From an uncultured Pseudomonadales bacterium (GTDB lineage: Bacteria; Patescibacteriota; Microgenomatia; UBA1400; PJMF01), in NCBI GenBank assembly GCA_964633875.1, contig CAZWKL010000002.1, positions 23,338 through 87,337 on the forward strand: DNA of 64,000 bases. Reading direction: 5' to 3'. The notes beneath the pieces are model-generated. The model saw only the letters and a list, made by a program, of their open reading frames with translations. It did no database searches and was not told where the DNA came from. Positions 1-9,164 of the stretch are shown piece after piece; the stretch's first letter is position 1; each line of letters starts with the position of its first letter. The position numbers and the translations under genes are program-made.

Positions 1-957
1 GATCAGCATGGCCAACAGCAGTTTGAGCGGAATCAACCAAAACTTGGTGCTAGCCATCGTCACCGCGCCGCTGGCGCCGTAGCTCATGGTGAGTTTGGCG
101 GTGTAAAGACCGGTGCCCCAAATTTGCTGCCACTCGTCTTCAAAAGTTCGGCTCATCAGCGGGAAGACGTTTCTTGGTTCAATTTCTAAAGTATCGACTT
201 TTCTGCCAAACATGTTGTAAATTTCAATGCTGGTTCTGGGGGTGATATGAATGTCGGAAGCATTTTCCACGATAAAAGAAAATGGCACCGGGCCGAACTC
301 GGTGAACTTAGGGAATTGGAAGTCACGCACAAAGGCCTCTTCATTGATCGGGCCGTCAACAATAACGTAAAGCAGAGTGCCAACTTTTTGACTGATGGCG
401 CTAGCTGAAACCAACTCGCCTTCGCCGGTTTCCTCACCGTTCACAGCCGGCTCATGAGTAATCATGGCGTAGTGACCACCGGGCAGGGCATCTTCCGGTA
501 CTTCAATCAAAACATTAACCGCACCAGTTTCGTTCCGGTTGAGAGTTTGTGTTTGTGGCACTAAAGTTAGCCAGGAGGCTAAACTCCAGCGGTTGGAAAC
601 TTCTTCATCAACCGAAATCGGGGTGAAGCCGTCCTCAGCGACAGTAAAATCTGCCGCCCGGGAAACAACGTTAAGTGGCTGGTTGGACTCGTTGCGTACC
701 CGCACCTGCACTTGCTGGCGTTCTCCGGGATCGAGTAAAATGCTGTTGTCCTCGCCCAGGCGGGGCGGGATGGCCGTGAGAGCAATATTGGTGAGGCCTG
801 TTTGTTCTTGAGGCTGGCCCTGATCCAGCTGCTCTTGAGCCAGGGAAGTGTTCGTGACGGCAACAGCCGCGGCTGTCAGAGTGGCGGCAACTAAGCCAGC
901 CATGATCAACCGGCGCTGAGTCAGCTTAATAAAAAGTGAAGTTTGGGCAGTTTTCAT
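1..957 (-). CDS. DUF916/WxL-interacting-like Ig-fold surface protein (3' end runs off the window)
   Basis: Not in the ORF track. Manual translation from ATG 957 gives MKTAQTSLFIK...AVAVTNTSLAQ (signal-like), then SLASWLTLVP, IEVPEDALPGGHYAMI, QKVGTLLYV, IWGTGLYTAKLTMSYG and a hydrophobic FWLIPLKLLLAMLI. The frame is open to base 1. Confidence 0.7.
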   Translation of the reverse strand, partial: MKTAQTSLFIKLTQRRLIMAGLVAATLTAAAVAVTNTSLAQEQLDQGQPQEQTGLTNIALTAIPPRLGEDNSILLDPGERQQVQVRVRNESNQPLNVVSRAADFTVAEDGFTPISVDEEVSNRWSLASWLTLVPQTQTLNRNETGAVNVLIEVPEDALPGGHYAMITHEPAVNGEETGEGELVSASAISQKVGTLLYVIVDGPINEEAFVRDFQFPKFTEFGPVPFSFIVENASDIHITPRTSIEIYNMFGRKVDTLEIEPRNVFPLMSRTFEDEWQQIWGTGLYTAKLTMSYGASGAVTMASTKFWLIPLKLLLAMLI

Positions 958-979
958 ATTCAATTGTTATTTATTTTTC

Positions 980-2446
980 CTAAAAAGTAGCCGTGGCTGT
1001 GTAAATGATGAAGTTGGAATAATCGCCGGCTTCGGTACTGGTGTCTGGTATGACGCGGTAACAAACATCGACTCTTTCATTGTCTGAAACTGTGGTGGAA
1101 GAAAAGAGTGACTGCGGTGATTCTGAGGCTTGGAAATCGGCGAACTGTTTGCCACACCAACCAGCACCAGTGCAGTTACCAGTCAAGCCATTGTATTGAA
1201 AACTAACCGTTGTGTTGCCGGTAACGTCGTTTGGCACCAACGAGTAGGCAAAGCCTTTTGAATCAGTGTTGCTGAATTCGTCGACGACGGCATGGGTCAT
1301 GGTGTCGGTATCGCCCCGAGCATCTTGAATACAATCGGTGTCGGTGTCGGTGGTGGGGTCTGGGTTGGTGCAACCTTGGCCGTCTTTGCTGAGTTGGTCG
1401 TTGGCGATAGCGGTGACGACATAGCCGCCCGAGCCGTTGGTGGAAACCTGGAGAGTTTGGGCGGCGTCAGAAAAGTCGCTGAGCAAAAGATTGCCAAAGG
1501 GTACGGCATAAGGGGTAGTGGTGACATCGGTACTGACGCCACAAACGCTGGTTGAGTCGTTGATGCCGATAATCTCAAAGTTGAGTTGAGGCTCAACCGT
1601 AGCAGTGACCCTCACCGCTTCAATGATGCCAACACTGGCGCCGGTCGAGTCAATGACGTTATCGTTGGTATCCAGATGTCTAATAGTGATGGTGTACGGA
1701 TCGGCGGTGCCGCTGCTATGCAAGGACTGGGGAGCGGGGTTGATCAGATTATCCATAGTAATGGTAAAAGCTTGGCCAATGCTGCCGTTACCGGTGTAAG
1801 GGCAGGTGACTTGGACATAATTATCGCTGCCCAGATTGACAGTGTTCACGGTGGGTGAGCCAAAGGTGTGGTTGCCGGCAGGGCCCGGACAAGTGACGTC
1901 TCCGTCAGAGAAGTTGCCAATATCAAAGCCGCCTTGATCTGGGGCACCGTCATTATTATCGCTGGCAGCAATGGGGATCAAAATCTCAAAGCTACCGTCA
2001 AGAATGGCAGTGACGGTGGTAAAAGCCACGCTAACGGTAGTAGCCTGAGGATCATAAATTGGCACCGCAGCGGTAGCGTCACCGGATTGGAGAGCTGTGT
2101 CCAATCTCACTGTGCTGCTATTGAGGATTTCAACGACGTCGTAATCATTGCCGTTAACAGTGCCAAAGAGCAGCGTATCATCAATAGCCAGTTGATCGGT
2201 GTTGTCTGAGGGGGGACCGGAGGTCTCGATGGTCAAAACAGTGGAGCCGATATTGTTGCCAGCACCTACTTCTCCGGAAAAGGACGGCCTGGAGTTGGAC
2301 AGAGTGACGGTGACATCGTTCAGGTTTCCAGCTCGGCTCTGTTGAGCAAACATACCCACCGCGAAAGTAGTAGCAATAGCAATGCCAAGAGCAATGGCTT
2401 TTTGAAGTTTTTTAGCAGCCAGATTTTTCATAGACAAGACAAACAC
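980..2446 (-). CDS. Secreted Thr/Asp-rich beta protein with C-terminal WxL/pilin-like domain
   Basis: Signal peptide ending AQQSRA; VRVTATVEPQLNF, LQVSTNGSGGYVVT and C-terminal AGDYSNFIIYTATATF; paired Cys. Confidence 0.6.
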   Translation of the reverse strand: MFVLSMKNLAAKKLQKAIALGIAIATTFAVGMFAQQSRAGNLNDVTVTLSNSRPSFSGEVGAGNNIGSTVLTIETSGPPSDNTDQLAIDDTLLFGTVNGNDYDVVEILNSSTVRLDTALQSGDATAAVPIYDPQATTVSVAFTTVTAILDGSFEILIPIAASDNNDGAPDQGGFDIGNFSDGDVTCPGPAGNHTFGSPTVNTVNLGSDNYVQVTCPYTGNGSIGQAFTITMDNLINPAPQSLHSSGTADPYTITIRHLDTNDNVIDSTGASVGIIEAVRVTATVEPQLNFEIIGINDSTSVCGVSTDVTTTPYAVPFGNLLLSDFSDAAQTLQVSTNGSGGYVVTAIANDQLSKDGQGCTNPDPTTDTDTDCIQDARGDTDTMTHAVVDEFSNTDSKGFAYSLVPNDVTGNTTVSFQYNGLTGNCTGAGWCGKQFADFQASESPQSLFSSTTVSDNERVDVCYRVIPDTSTEAGDYSNFIIYTATATF

Positions 2447-2546
2447 AACAACTCATTAAGCTCATACAATAATATTAAACTGTTTTTTTTGGGTATGCAA
2501 GTGTTCTTTTGTCATTTTTTGAGTATGTTTTTTGAAGTCGATTTTG

Positions 2547-3515
2547 TTACAGTTTAATACGGTTATTTTGAGCAATTTTGAACCAATAAACCCCGCCAAC
2601 TATTGCCCCCATCAACGCCGCCACAAAGATGGAGAAGGGGATGGCGAAAATAGTGTGGGTATAGGTGGTCAACTCTCCGTCGTTGTCGAGGGTGATGGAG
2701 AATTTGTAGGGGCCGAGCATGAAAGCTGGTCGGAAGGTGAACTCGGTGACTGTTGGGGGTTCGCTGTCCAACTCAGTGGCGCGGATTTTTCTGGAGTTGA
2801 AGCCCAGGACGTTGTCCGGGTAAATTTGGTACTCAGCCACTGGGCGGCCGGTCCAGCTGGTAAGTTTGGCGCTGCCGGAGGCAGCGCCAGCACTAAACCG
2901 CTCATTTTTCAGCACCGGCTGGGCTGTCACTCCCCTAAAACTATCAATCACCCCTGGCAGCCCAAAATCTGCCACTACCAGTTTTTTTTCTAAAATATTT
3001 TTATCCGAAACCAAGATGATCAAGTTGCTGGCCACCGCGCCGCTAATTTGAGTTGCTTCATTACCTCTGGTGCCCAGATTTTCGGTCGTAAAAACCACGC
3101 TCAGGGGATACTCTCTGTCAGGCGCGGTCATGGGCGGCTCTATCTTTAATTGCAATTGTGCTACCTGTCCCGGCTCCATTTCGATTGGCTTTAGCACTGA
3201 AGCTGGCATAGTAAAGTAAGGGAAACTGTGATCTTCCTGCAAAACCGGCGCGCCGGTTACTTCGTGGAGGGAAAAATCCACGATGCTAGGTGTCACTGTC
3301 ACCGCAGCAGCGCCATTGTTTTTGATGGAAATAATGTGTGTTTGCATCATGCCAGGGGCGGCCTTGAGATAAGTGACGGGGGGAGAAACCGTCAACTCCA
3401 GGCTTCTTTGGGCGGTGGCGGGTTGAGCGCTGCCTAACACTAACAGTCCCACTGCCAGCGCCATGGTGGCAATGGTATTTTTGTAAATTCTGTACATTTT
3501 GTATATTTTTTGCAT
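2547..3515 (-). CDS. DUF916-like Ig-fold protein with C-terminal membrane anchor (start uncertain)
   Basis: Signal peptide AQPATA, LTVSPP, ISIKNNG, PSIVDF, GPYKFSITL and a C-terminal TM with basic tail; same architecture as the ORF at 1-957. Confidence 0.6.
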   Translation of the reverse strand: MQKIYKMYRIYKNTIATMALAVGLLVLGSAQPATAQRSLELTVSPPVTYLKAAPGMMQTHIISIKNNGAAAVTVTPSIVDFSLHEVTGAPVLQEDHSFPYFTMPASVLKPIEMEPGQVAQLQLKIEPPMTAPDREYPLSVVFTTENLGTRGNEATQISGAVASNLIILVSDKNILEKKLVVADFGLPGVIDSFRGVTAQPVLKNERFSAGAASGSAKLTSWTGRPVAEYQIYPDNVLGFNSRKIRATELDSEPPTVTEFTFRPAFMLGPYKFSITLDNDGELTTYTHTIFAIPFSIFVAALMGAIVGGVYWFKIAQNNRIKL

Positions 3516-3548
3516 TTTGTTCTAGACATTTTGTACGTTTTGTACCTA
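3481..3548 (-). repeat. Array of degenerate 9-bp units of the same family as 12264-12317
   Basis: Minus strand reads taggtacaa aacgtacaa aatgtctag (aacaa) aatgcaaaa aatatacaa aatgtacag aatttacaa. Confidence 0.7.
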
Positions 3549-4313
3549 ATACCCAGGCACAGCCACATAAACCACGGTTGTTTCGTATTTGCCTGCTGCT
3601 TGAGTAGGATTAATCGAAGCCTTGTAAGTCACAGTCGCCTCATCATCAAAGCCAATATTTTCCGAACTCATCACCGCCCGCATCGGTTGGCTCAACTCAT
3701 CATTGGCAAACGGTCGATAATAAGTGTTGTCCTCAAAGTCTGGTGGAATGCTGTCGCCGTCCATATTAAAGCCGAAACCAGCATTTTCAGGCGTATCCCA
3801 AATCTCAGCCGAATCAGGGGTGCAGGGGCCACTGTCACAACTGGTGTCAGGCACGGTGTGAATACTATCGATAGTATGCCTCAATTCATGCAGCTCGTAA
3901 GCATAAACATGGTAGCCACCCGCGCCTCTGGTGGAGATGGTCAGCGTGTGCGAACCGGAACTAAAGGTGCCAGGCACCAGCTCCCCCAAATCTATGGCGG
4001 TGTTGGAAATCAGAAAACTAAACTCGTTAATTTGGTAAATATATTGAAAACCCCCGCCTAGGAAAAAACTTGAAGTGCCATACTCTCCATAAGGTCCGGC
4101 GCCAAACTGACCCACGGTGTCGGTGACTGTGTAGCCGGCGCTGGATTTCTCACCGGAAGTCACATTAAAATTGCCAAACTGAATAATATAAGAGTCAGAC
4201 TGCAATGTTTCCGCGACGGCTATTTGGCAGAGTTGCAAAAAAGTGATAGTAAAAAAAGTCAGCAGGGCAGCCCTCAAAGCCACACTGCTAACTGGCGGGC
4301 TTGGCTGATTCAT
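3546..4313 (-). CDS. Secreted WxL/pilin-like protein
   Basis: Likely start MNQPS at 4313; signal ending AVA-E; LTISTRGAGGYHV, GFGFN and C-terminal AGKYETTVVYVAVPGY parallel the C-domain of 980-2446. Confidence 0.6.
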   Translation of the reverse strand: MNQPSPPVSSVALRAALLTFFTITFLQLCQIAVAETLQSDSYIIQFGNFNVTSGEKSSAGYTVTDTVGQFGAGPYGEYGTSSFFLGGGFQYIYQINEFSFLISNTAIDLGELVPGTFSSGSHTLTISTRGAGGYHVYAYELHELRHTIDSIHTVPDTSCDSGPCTPDSAEIWDTPENAGFGFNMDGDSIPPDFEDNTYYRPFANDELSQPMRAVMSSENIGFDDEATVTYKASINPTQAAGKYETTVVYVAVPGY

Positions 4314-5067
4314 CTTGATTGTCCTGTTCGCTCTGCGATTCTTGGGGTAGGTCTGGCGGCGGCACTTTAGCAGCATTAACCCGGCCAACCATCTTGCCAC
4401 TTTCGCTCTCCAGCAGCGACAGCTGGGCTTTAATTACTTTCAGATCCGGATTTGTTTCCGCCAGCAGTTTTTCAATTACCTGAAGTTTAGGCTTGAGGTA
4501 GCCGTCAATAAATTGTTGCAGCGCCATTTCGCCGGTCTCCGCGTTCTCCAACTCGACTTCTTTCTGCTCAAGCCTGGCTTTATCCACCTGCGACTCAGTG
4601 TACTGATTTTTGGCAAACAAAAAGAACATGAGCAACAGCGGAAAAGCCAGCAGCGCACCGATTTCCAGGCTAGTTAAAGCCGGAGTGAGGGCGTAGTGAA
4701 AGATCATCACCGAAAGGGTGCCGATAATAGCGGTGCTGACCGCCGTGGTCATCACCAACAAAAACAAGTGTAAATAGGTCAGCGGATAAAAATATGACCC
4801 GATATTGCCGGTGTAGCCAATTAAGAGCAGGAAAGCAAAAGTCAGCAGGGCCATTTCCAGAGAAGCGTCCTCCGGTAGCACGTGCCAGATTTTGGCTTTT
4901 TTTACTCTTTTCATCAAGAAATAGACCAAAACCGCGCCGGCGAAAGCCTGGAGCGAGTACTGCGACAACACCGGCAGCTGCAACCAAAGATAAGCAATCA
5001 CAATTACAGCCAACAGGATCAGGGTTTGCCAGTGGGGGCGCGTTTTTTTCAACATATTTTGCAGCAT
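4288..5067 (-). CDS. Hypothetical multi-pass membrane protein with C-terminal coiled coil
   Basis: About 6 hydrophobic segments followed by a charged helical tail; start could be 5067 or 5055. Confidence 0.6.
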   Translation of the reverse strand: MLQNMLKKTRPHWQTLILLAVIVIAYLWLQLPVLSQYSLQAFAGAVLVYFLMKRVKKAKIWHVLPEDASLEMALLTFAFLLLIGYTGNIGSYFYPLTYLHLFLLVMTTAVSTAIIGTLSVMIFHYALTPALTSLEIGALLAFPLLLMFFLFAKNQYTESQVDKARLEQKEVELENAETGEMALQQFIDGYLKPKLQVIEKLLAETNPDLKVIKAQLSLLESESGKMVGRVNAAKVPPPDLPQESQSEQDNQDESAKPAS

Positions 5068-5154
5068 ATTTTTCAGTATAACCAACTTGTAGCTGGCAGG
5101 CTATAGCTGTTATACTACAACTCCCCAATCAGGATGAAAATTAAGCGGGAAAAT

Positions 5155-7599
5155 ATGGCGTCAACACAATCTTGGTACGATCACTTAGCAGTAGAACCCA
5201 AATGGCAAAAAGTTTGGGAAGAGTTGGCATTGTTTCAGCGGACCGAGGGAAAAGACCGTGCCGCCGCTGAACTGGACCCCTTGTACTTGCTGTTTGCTTT
5301 TGCCTATCCTTCCGGTTCGGGCCTGCATGTGGGGCATGTGGAAAGCAAAACCGCCCTGGATATTTTAGCTCGCTACTACCGCATGAACGGCAAAGATGTC
5401 TTTTTTCCGGTGGGCTGGGATGCTTTTGGCTTGCCGGCAGAGAATTACGCTATTAAAACCGGCATTCCTCCAGTAGAAACCACCAAGAGCGCCATTGACA
5501 CCTTTCGGGAGCAAATTAAAAGGCTGGCCATTTCCTACGACTGGGCCAACGAAATTGCCACCAATCACCCGGGCTATTATAAATGGACCCAGTGGCTTTT
5601 TCTGGAACTTTTCAAGCAGGGCCTAGCCTACCAAGATGTGGCCATGGTGAACTGGTGTCCGAGTTGCCAGACGGTGTTGGCTAACGAGCAGGTGGTCAAT
5701 GGCCTGTGTGAGCGCTGCGACTCCGAGGTGATTCAGAAAGAAATGAAACAGTGGTTTTTTAAGATTACTGAGTACAAGGATGAGTTGATTGAGGGTTTGA
5801 GTTCGGTGGACTGGCCGGAGGCCACTAAGCAGCAACAGCTTAACTGGATTGGGAAGAAGGAAGGGGCGGTGGTTGAGTTCCCGGTGGTTGGGACTGAGCT
5901 GGTAGTGGATTGCTTCACCACCAGGTTGGATACGATTTTCGGCGCGACTTTTTTGGTCATTTCCCCAGAGAAGTTTGGCAAGATGGAGTTGGATCAAGTA
6001 GTCAAAGCCCAATCGCCCGAGCAGGCCAACCCCGTTGCCGAGTACATCAAGAAGGCTTTCAAAAAAACCGAAGAAGAGCGCCAAGTCGGTGAAAAAGACA
6101 AATCTGGTGTCGATACCGGACTCAAAGCAATCAACCCGGTGAATCAGGAGGAAATTCCTATTTTTGTGGCGGACTATGTTTTGGGTGGCTATGGCACAGG
6201 CGCCATCATGGCGGTGCCGGCGCATGATGAGCGCGATTTTGCTTTTGCCCAGAAGTTTGAGCTGCCGGTTCGTGAGGTGATTGAACCGGCGGGCGAGGGT
6301 TATGGCAAGTTGGTTGAAAGCGGCGCATACACCGGTTTGGCCTCAGCAGCCGCCATGGAAAAAATAGCCGCAGACTTTGACTCTATTCATCCAGAAACCA
6401 CCTACCGCCTGCGCGATTGGCTGATTTCCCGCCAGCGTTACTGGGGCGCGCCGATTCCGATTGTTTATGATCCCGAGGGCCAGCCGCATCTGGTCAAGGA
6501 GGAACACCTGCCTTGGATCCTGCCCACCGACGTTGATTTCAAGCCCACCGGCGAGTCGCCGCTCAAGTCTTCTGCCGAGTTTATCCGCCGCACCGAAGAG
6601 CTGTACGGCCAAGGCTGGCAGCCGGAGTTCGACACCATGGACACTTTTGTGGACTCGAGTTGGTACTTTTTGCGCTACGTGGATTCCAGGAACGAAAACG
6701 AGCTGGCTGCCCGGGAGCAGCTGGAAAAATGGCTGCCGGTGGATTTTTACATGATTGGCTCGGAACACACCGTTTTGCACCTGTTGTATTCGCGGTTCTT
6801 GACCAAGTTTCTGCGGGATCAAGGTTATCTCAACTTTGACGAGCCTTTCCAAAGAATGAGGCACCAGGGGATGATCTTGGGTCCAGACGGCAAAAAAATG
6901 AGCAAGAGCAAAGGCAATGTCATTAATCCAGATGAAATTATTGAAAAATTTGGAGCAGATACCCTCAGGGTTTACGAGATGTTCATGGGGCCGCTTGAGT
7001 CGGATGCTCCCTGGGATGTCCGGGCGGTGATGGGGGTTTTCAAGTTCCTCCAGCGGGTGAACAGGTTGTGTTTGGGGGCGGCTGAAGCAAAGGCGGCCGG
7101 CAGCGAGGCAGCGGTTCGTAAGCTGCACCAGACTATCCGCAAGGTTGGCCATGACATTCCGGCTTTGAAGTTTAACACTGCTATTGCCGCCATGATGGAG
7201 TTTGTCAACGCCTGGGAAGAGGCGGTTAAAGGCGGTGGCGGTTTGAGCCAAGAGCAGAGGCTGATGTTTGTGCGGATTTTAGCGCCTTTCGCGCCGTTTA
7301 TGGCCGAAGAGCTTTATCATCAGCTGACTGGCGCAGAGGAGACAAATAGTGTTCATTTGCAACCTTGGCCGCAGTTTGATGCGGCACTGGCCCGTGAGGA
7401 AGCGGTAGAGATTGGAGTGCAAGTCAATGGCAAGCTCCGCGGTACTGTTGAGATTCCTGCAGACGAGCTGGAAAATGAACAATTGGTCTTGGAAAGGTCG
7501 GCGGCTTTGGAGCCGGTAGCCAAGTACCTCGAGGGCAAGAAGATCAAGCACCAGATTTATGTGCCGGGCAGGATTGTTAGTTTTGTGGTTGAAGGGTAG
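5155..7599 (+). CDS. leuS: Leucine--tRNA ligase
   Basis: YPSGSGLHVGH, GWDAFGLPAEN, FTTRLDT editing motif, DWLISRQRYWG, KMSKS, QVNGKLRG. Start 5155 or 5134. Confidence 0.98.
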   Translation: MASTQSWYDHLAVEPKWQKVWEELALFQRTEGKDRAAAELDPLYLLFAFAYPSGSGLHVGHVESKTALDILARYYRMNGKDVFFPVGWDAFGLPAENYAIKTGIPPVETTKSAIDTFREQIKRLAISYDWANEIATNHPGYYKWTQWLFLELFKQGLAYQDVAMVNWCPSCQTVLANEQVVNGLCERCDSEVIQKEMKQWFFKITEYKDELIEGLSSVDWPEATKQQQLNWIGKKEGAVVEFPVVGTELVVDCFTTRLDTIFGATFLVISPEKFGKMELDQVVKAQSPEQANPVAEYIKKAFKKTEEERQVGEKDKSGVDTGLKAINPVNQEEIPIFVADYVLGGYGTGAIMAVPAHDERDFAFAQKFELPVREVIEPAGEGYGKLVESGAYTGLASAAAMEKIAADFDSIHPETTYRLRDWLISRQRYWGAPIPIVYDPEGQPHLVKEEHLPWILPTDVDFKPTGESPLKSSAEFIRRTEELYGQGWQPEFDTMDTFVDSSWYFLRYVDSRNENELAAREQLEKWLPVDFYMIGSEHTVLHLLYSRFLTKFLRDQGYLNFDEPFQRMRHQGMILGPDGKKMSKSKGNVINPDEIIEKFGADTLRVYEMFMGPLESDAPWDVRAVMGVFKFLQRVNRLCLGAAEAKAAGSEAAVRKLHQTIRKVGHDIPALKFNTAIAAMMEFVNAWEEAVKGGGGLSQEQRLMFVRILAPFAPFMAEELYHQLTGAEETNSVHLQPWPQFDAALAREEAVEIGVQVNGKLRGTVEIPADELENEQLVLERSAALEPVAKYLEGKKIKHQIYVPGRIVSFVVEG

Positions 7600-7632
7600 T
7601 TTTATCATCATTAACGCTAATTGCGCCAACAA

Positions 7633-7694
7633 ACCAACGCAATTCACGCCATTTCCGTCGGTCGACCAACGCAATTCACGCTATTTGCGTTGAT
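7633..7694 (+). repeat. Two imperfect 30-bp direct repeats (period 32), each hairpin-like
   Basis: accaacgcaattcacgccatttccgtcggt (7633-7662) and accaacgcaattcacgctatttgcgttgat (7665-7694). Confidence 0.75.
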
Positions 7695-7748
7695 TCAGTG
7701 CCATTTTCAACAATTTCAAGGTTGTCCAAAAAGCATAATTAATATAAA

Positions 7749-7791
7749 ATTTGAACTACAAGTATGTCTGAAGCCTACCTACAGTTCAAAT
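7749..7791 (+). promoter_or_regulatory. Long imperfect inverted repeat, candidate AbiEi autoregulatory operator
   Basis: Arms atttgaact...agttcaaat, 15 of 21 positions matching, directly before ATG 7792. AbiEi antitoxins are known to bind paired long inverted repeats. Confidence 0.55.
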
Positions 7792-8373
7792 ATGCAAAAT
7801 AAAATCCTCATTGAGCTTCATAAACAGCCACAAACAGTTTTTACTCTCACAGAAATTTCTTTGTTATTCCCAGGCATATCCTACACAAATATCAAAGACA
7901 GGATGTCTTATCTTACTCGTCGGGGAGCAATTGCCAGACTGAGGAAAGGCGTGTACGCCAAGGAAAATTACAACTCCCAAGAATTAGCCAACAAGCTTTA
8001 TACGCCTTCATATATTAGTTTAGAAACGGTGCTCCAACAGGCAGGGGTGATTTTTCAATACTACGAGCAGATTACTTCAGTTTCCTATCTTTCAAGAACG
8101 GTGCAGGTTTCTGGACATATACTCGACTACAAAAAGATTAAAGAAGAGGTGCTTACCAACAGAGCAGGGATTGTGACAAAAAATAATGTAAATATAGCCA
8201 CGCCGGAGCGGGCTTTTCTGGATGCAATCTATTTGTACAGTAATTACCATGTTGATAATCTAAGCTCTCTTAACTGGAAAAAAATTAATGAATTTATGGG
8301 CTTGTATGTCAACAAGTCCTTAAATCGTCGGGTGGCCGATTACTATCAGATTTATCAGGAAAATAATGCTTGA
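7792..8373 (+). CDS. Type IV TA antitoxin, AbiEi family (no cognate toxin adjacent)
   Basis: N-terminal wHTH with IARLRKGVY, then PSYISLETVL and IATPERAFLDAIY; start MQNK at 7792. Confidence 0.8.
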   Translation: MQNKILIELHKQPQTVFTLTEISLLFPGISYTNIKDRMSYLTRRGAIARLRKGVYAKENYNSQELANKLYTPSYISLETVLQQAGVIFQYYEQITSVSYLSRTVQVSGHILDYKKIKEEVLTNRAGIVTKNNVNIATPERAFLDAIYLYSNYHVDNLSSLNWKKINEFMGLYVNKSLNRRVADYYQIYQENNA

Positions 8374-8429
8374 TAATTTTTGAGCAATTTTCTACAGTTA
8401 AAGCAAGGTTTTCCCTATAAAGTGGGGTC

Positions 8430-9059
8430 ATGTTCGAAAAAACGACCCTTCATCAAATTATTTTTCAGAGGTTGAGAACCAATCGGGTGAAGATTTTGGC
8501 GCTGGTGATTTTTTTGGCGGGCAGTGGAGTGTCCGGCTTTGGTTTGGCTGCGCTGGGGGAGACTGGCGCCGCCGGGTATGAGTTGCAGCCGGTGATCACC
8601 GAATGCACTCAGACAGTTGGCGCCGGCAGCTTGAAAGTGGATGCCGGCGGCGCCATCAAAAACCCCGGCCTTTACACTCTCGATGAAGGCTCCCGGATTG
8701 GCGACGTCATCAAGGCAGCGGGAGGTTTACACCCGGATGCCGATGGCGGTTACATTGCCAGTCAGCTCAACGCCGCCAAGCCGGTCAAAGACGGAGACAA
8801 AATCTACATTCCTTATTTCCAAGAACAGCAGTCGGCGGCGGAAGCAGAGGCCTCATCAGACCAACCGCCGGGCAACAGCAAGCTTATTTCCATCAATCAA
8901 GCCACCGAGAAACAGCTGATGGAGTTACCGCAGATCGGCGCCAAACGGGCTGCGGATATTGTGGCTGGCCGTCCTTATCAATCAATCGAAGAGTTGGTGG
9001 AAATGAGCGTGCTCACTCAAGGTATTTTTGATGGGATTGAAGAGCTGATTAGTCTCTAA
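8430..9059 (+). CDS. comEA: Competence DNA-binding protein ComEA
   Basis: N-terminal TM, SLBB domain (VDAGGAIKNPGLY...DGDKIYIP) and HhH (ISINQAT...LPQIGAKRA). Confidence 0.9.
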   Translation: MFEKTTLHQIIFQRLRTNRVKILALVIFLAGSGVSGFGLAALGETGAAGYELQPVITECTQTVGAGSLKVDAGGAIKNPGLYTLDEGSRIGDVIKAAGGLHPDADGGYIASQLNAAKPVKDGDKIYIPYFQEQQSAAEAEASSDQPPGNSKLISINQATEKQLMELPQIGAKRAADIVAGRPYQSIEELVEMSVLTQGIFDGIEELISL

Positions 9060-9164
9060 ATTAGTTATGAGGACAATACTATAGGCTAGTCGATGGACAG
9101 GTAGTTTGTTGATCGGCAACGAGAGGATAACAAATTATGATTTATTAAGCCAAAACTGCTAAAT

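Noticed and set aside
5623-7251. Long antisense ORFs (200 and 302 aa) opposite leuS, and similar ones opposite murD, nusG and murF
   Set aside because: Shadow frames of well-supported genes, expected from codon bias.
7633-7694. Possible mini-CRISPR
   Set aside because: Only two degenerate units, a 2-nt gap, no spacers and no cas genes.
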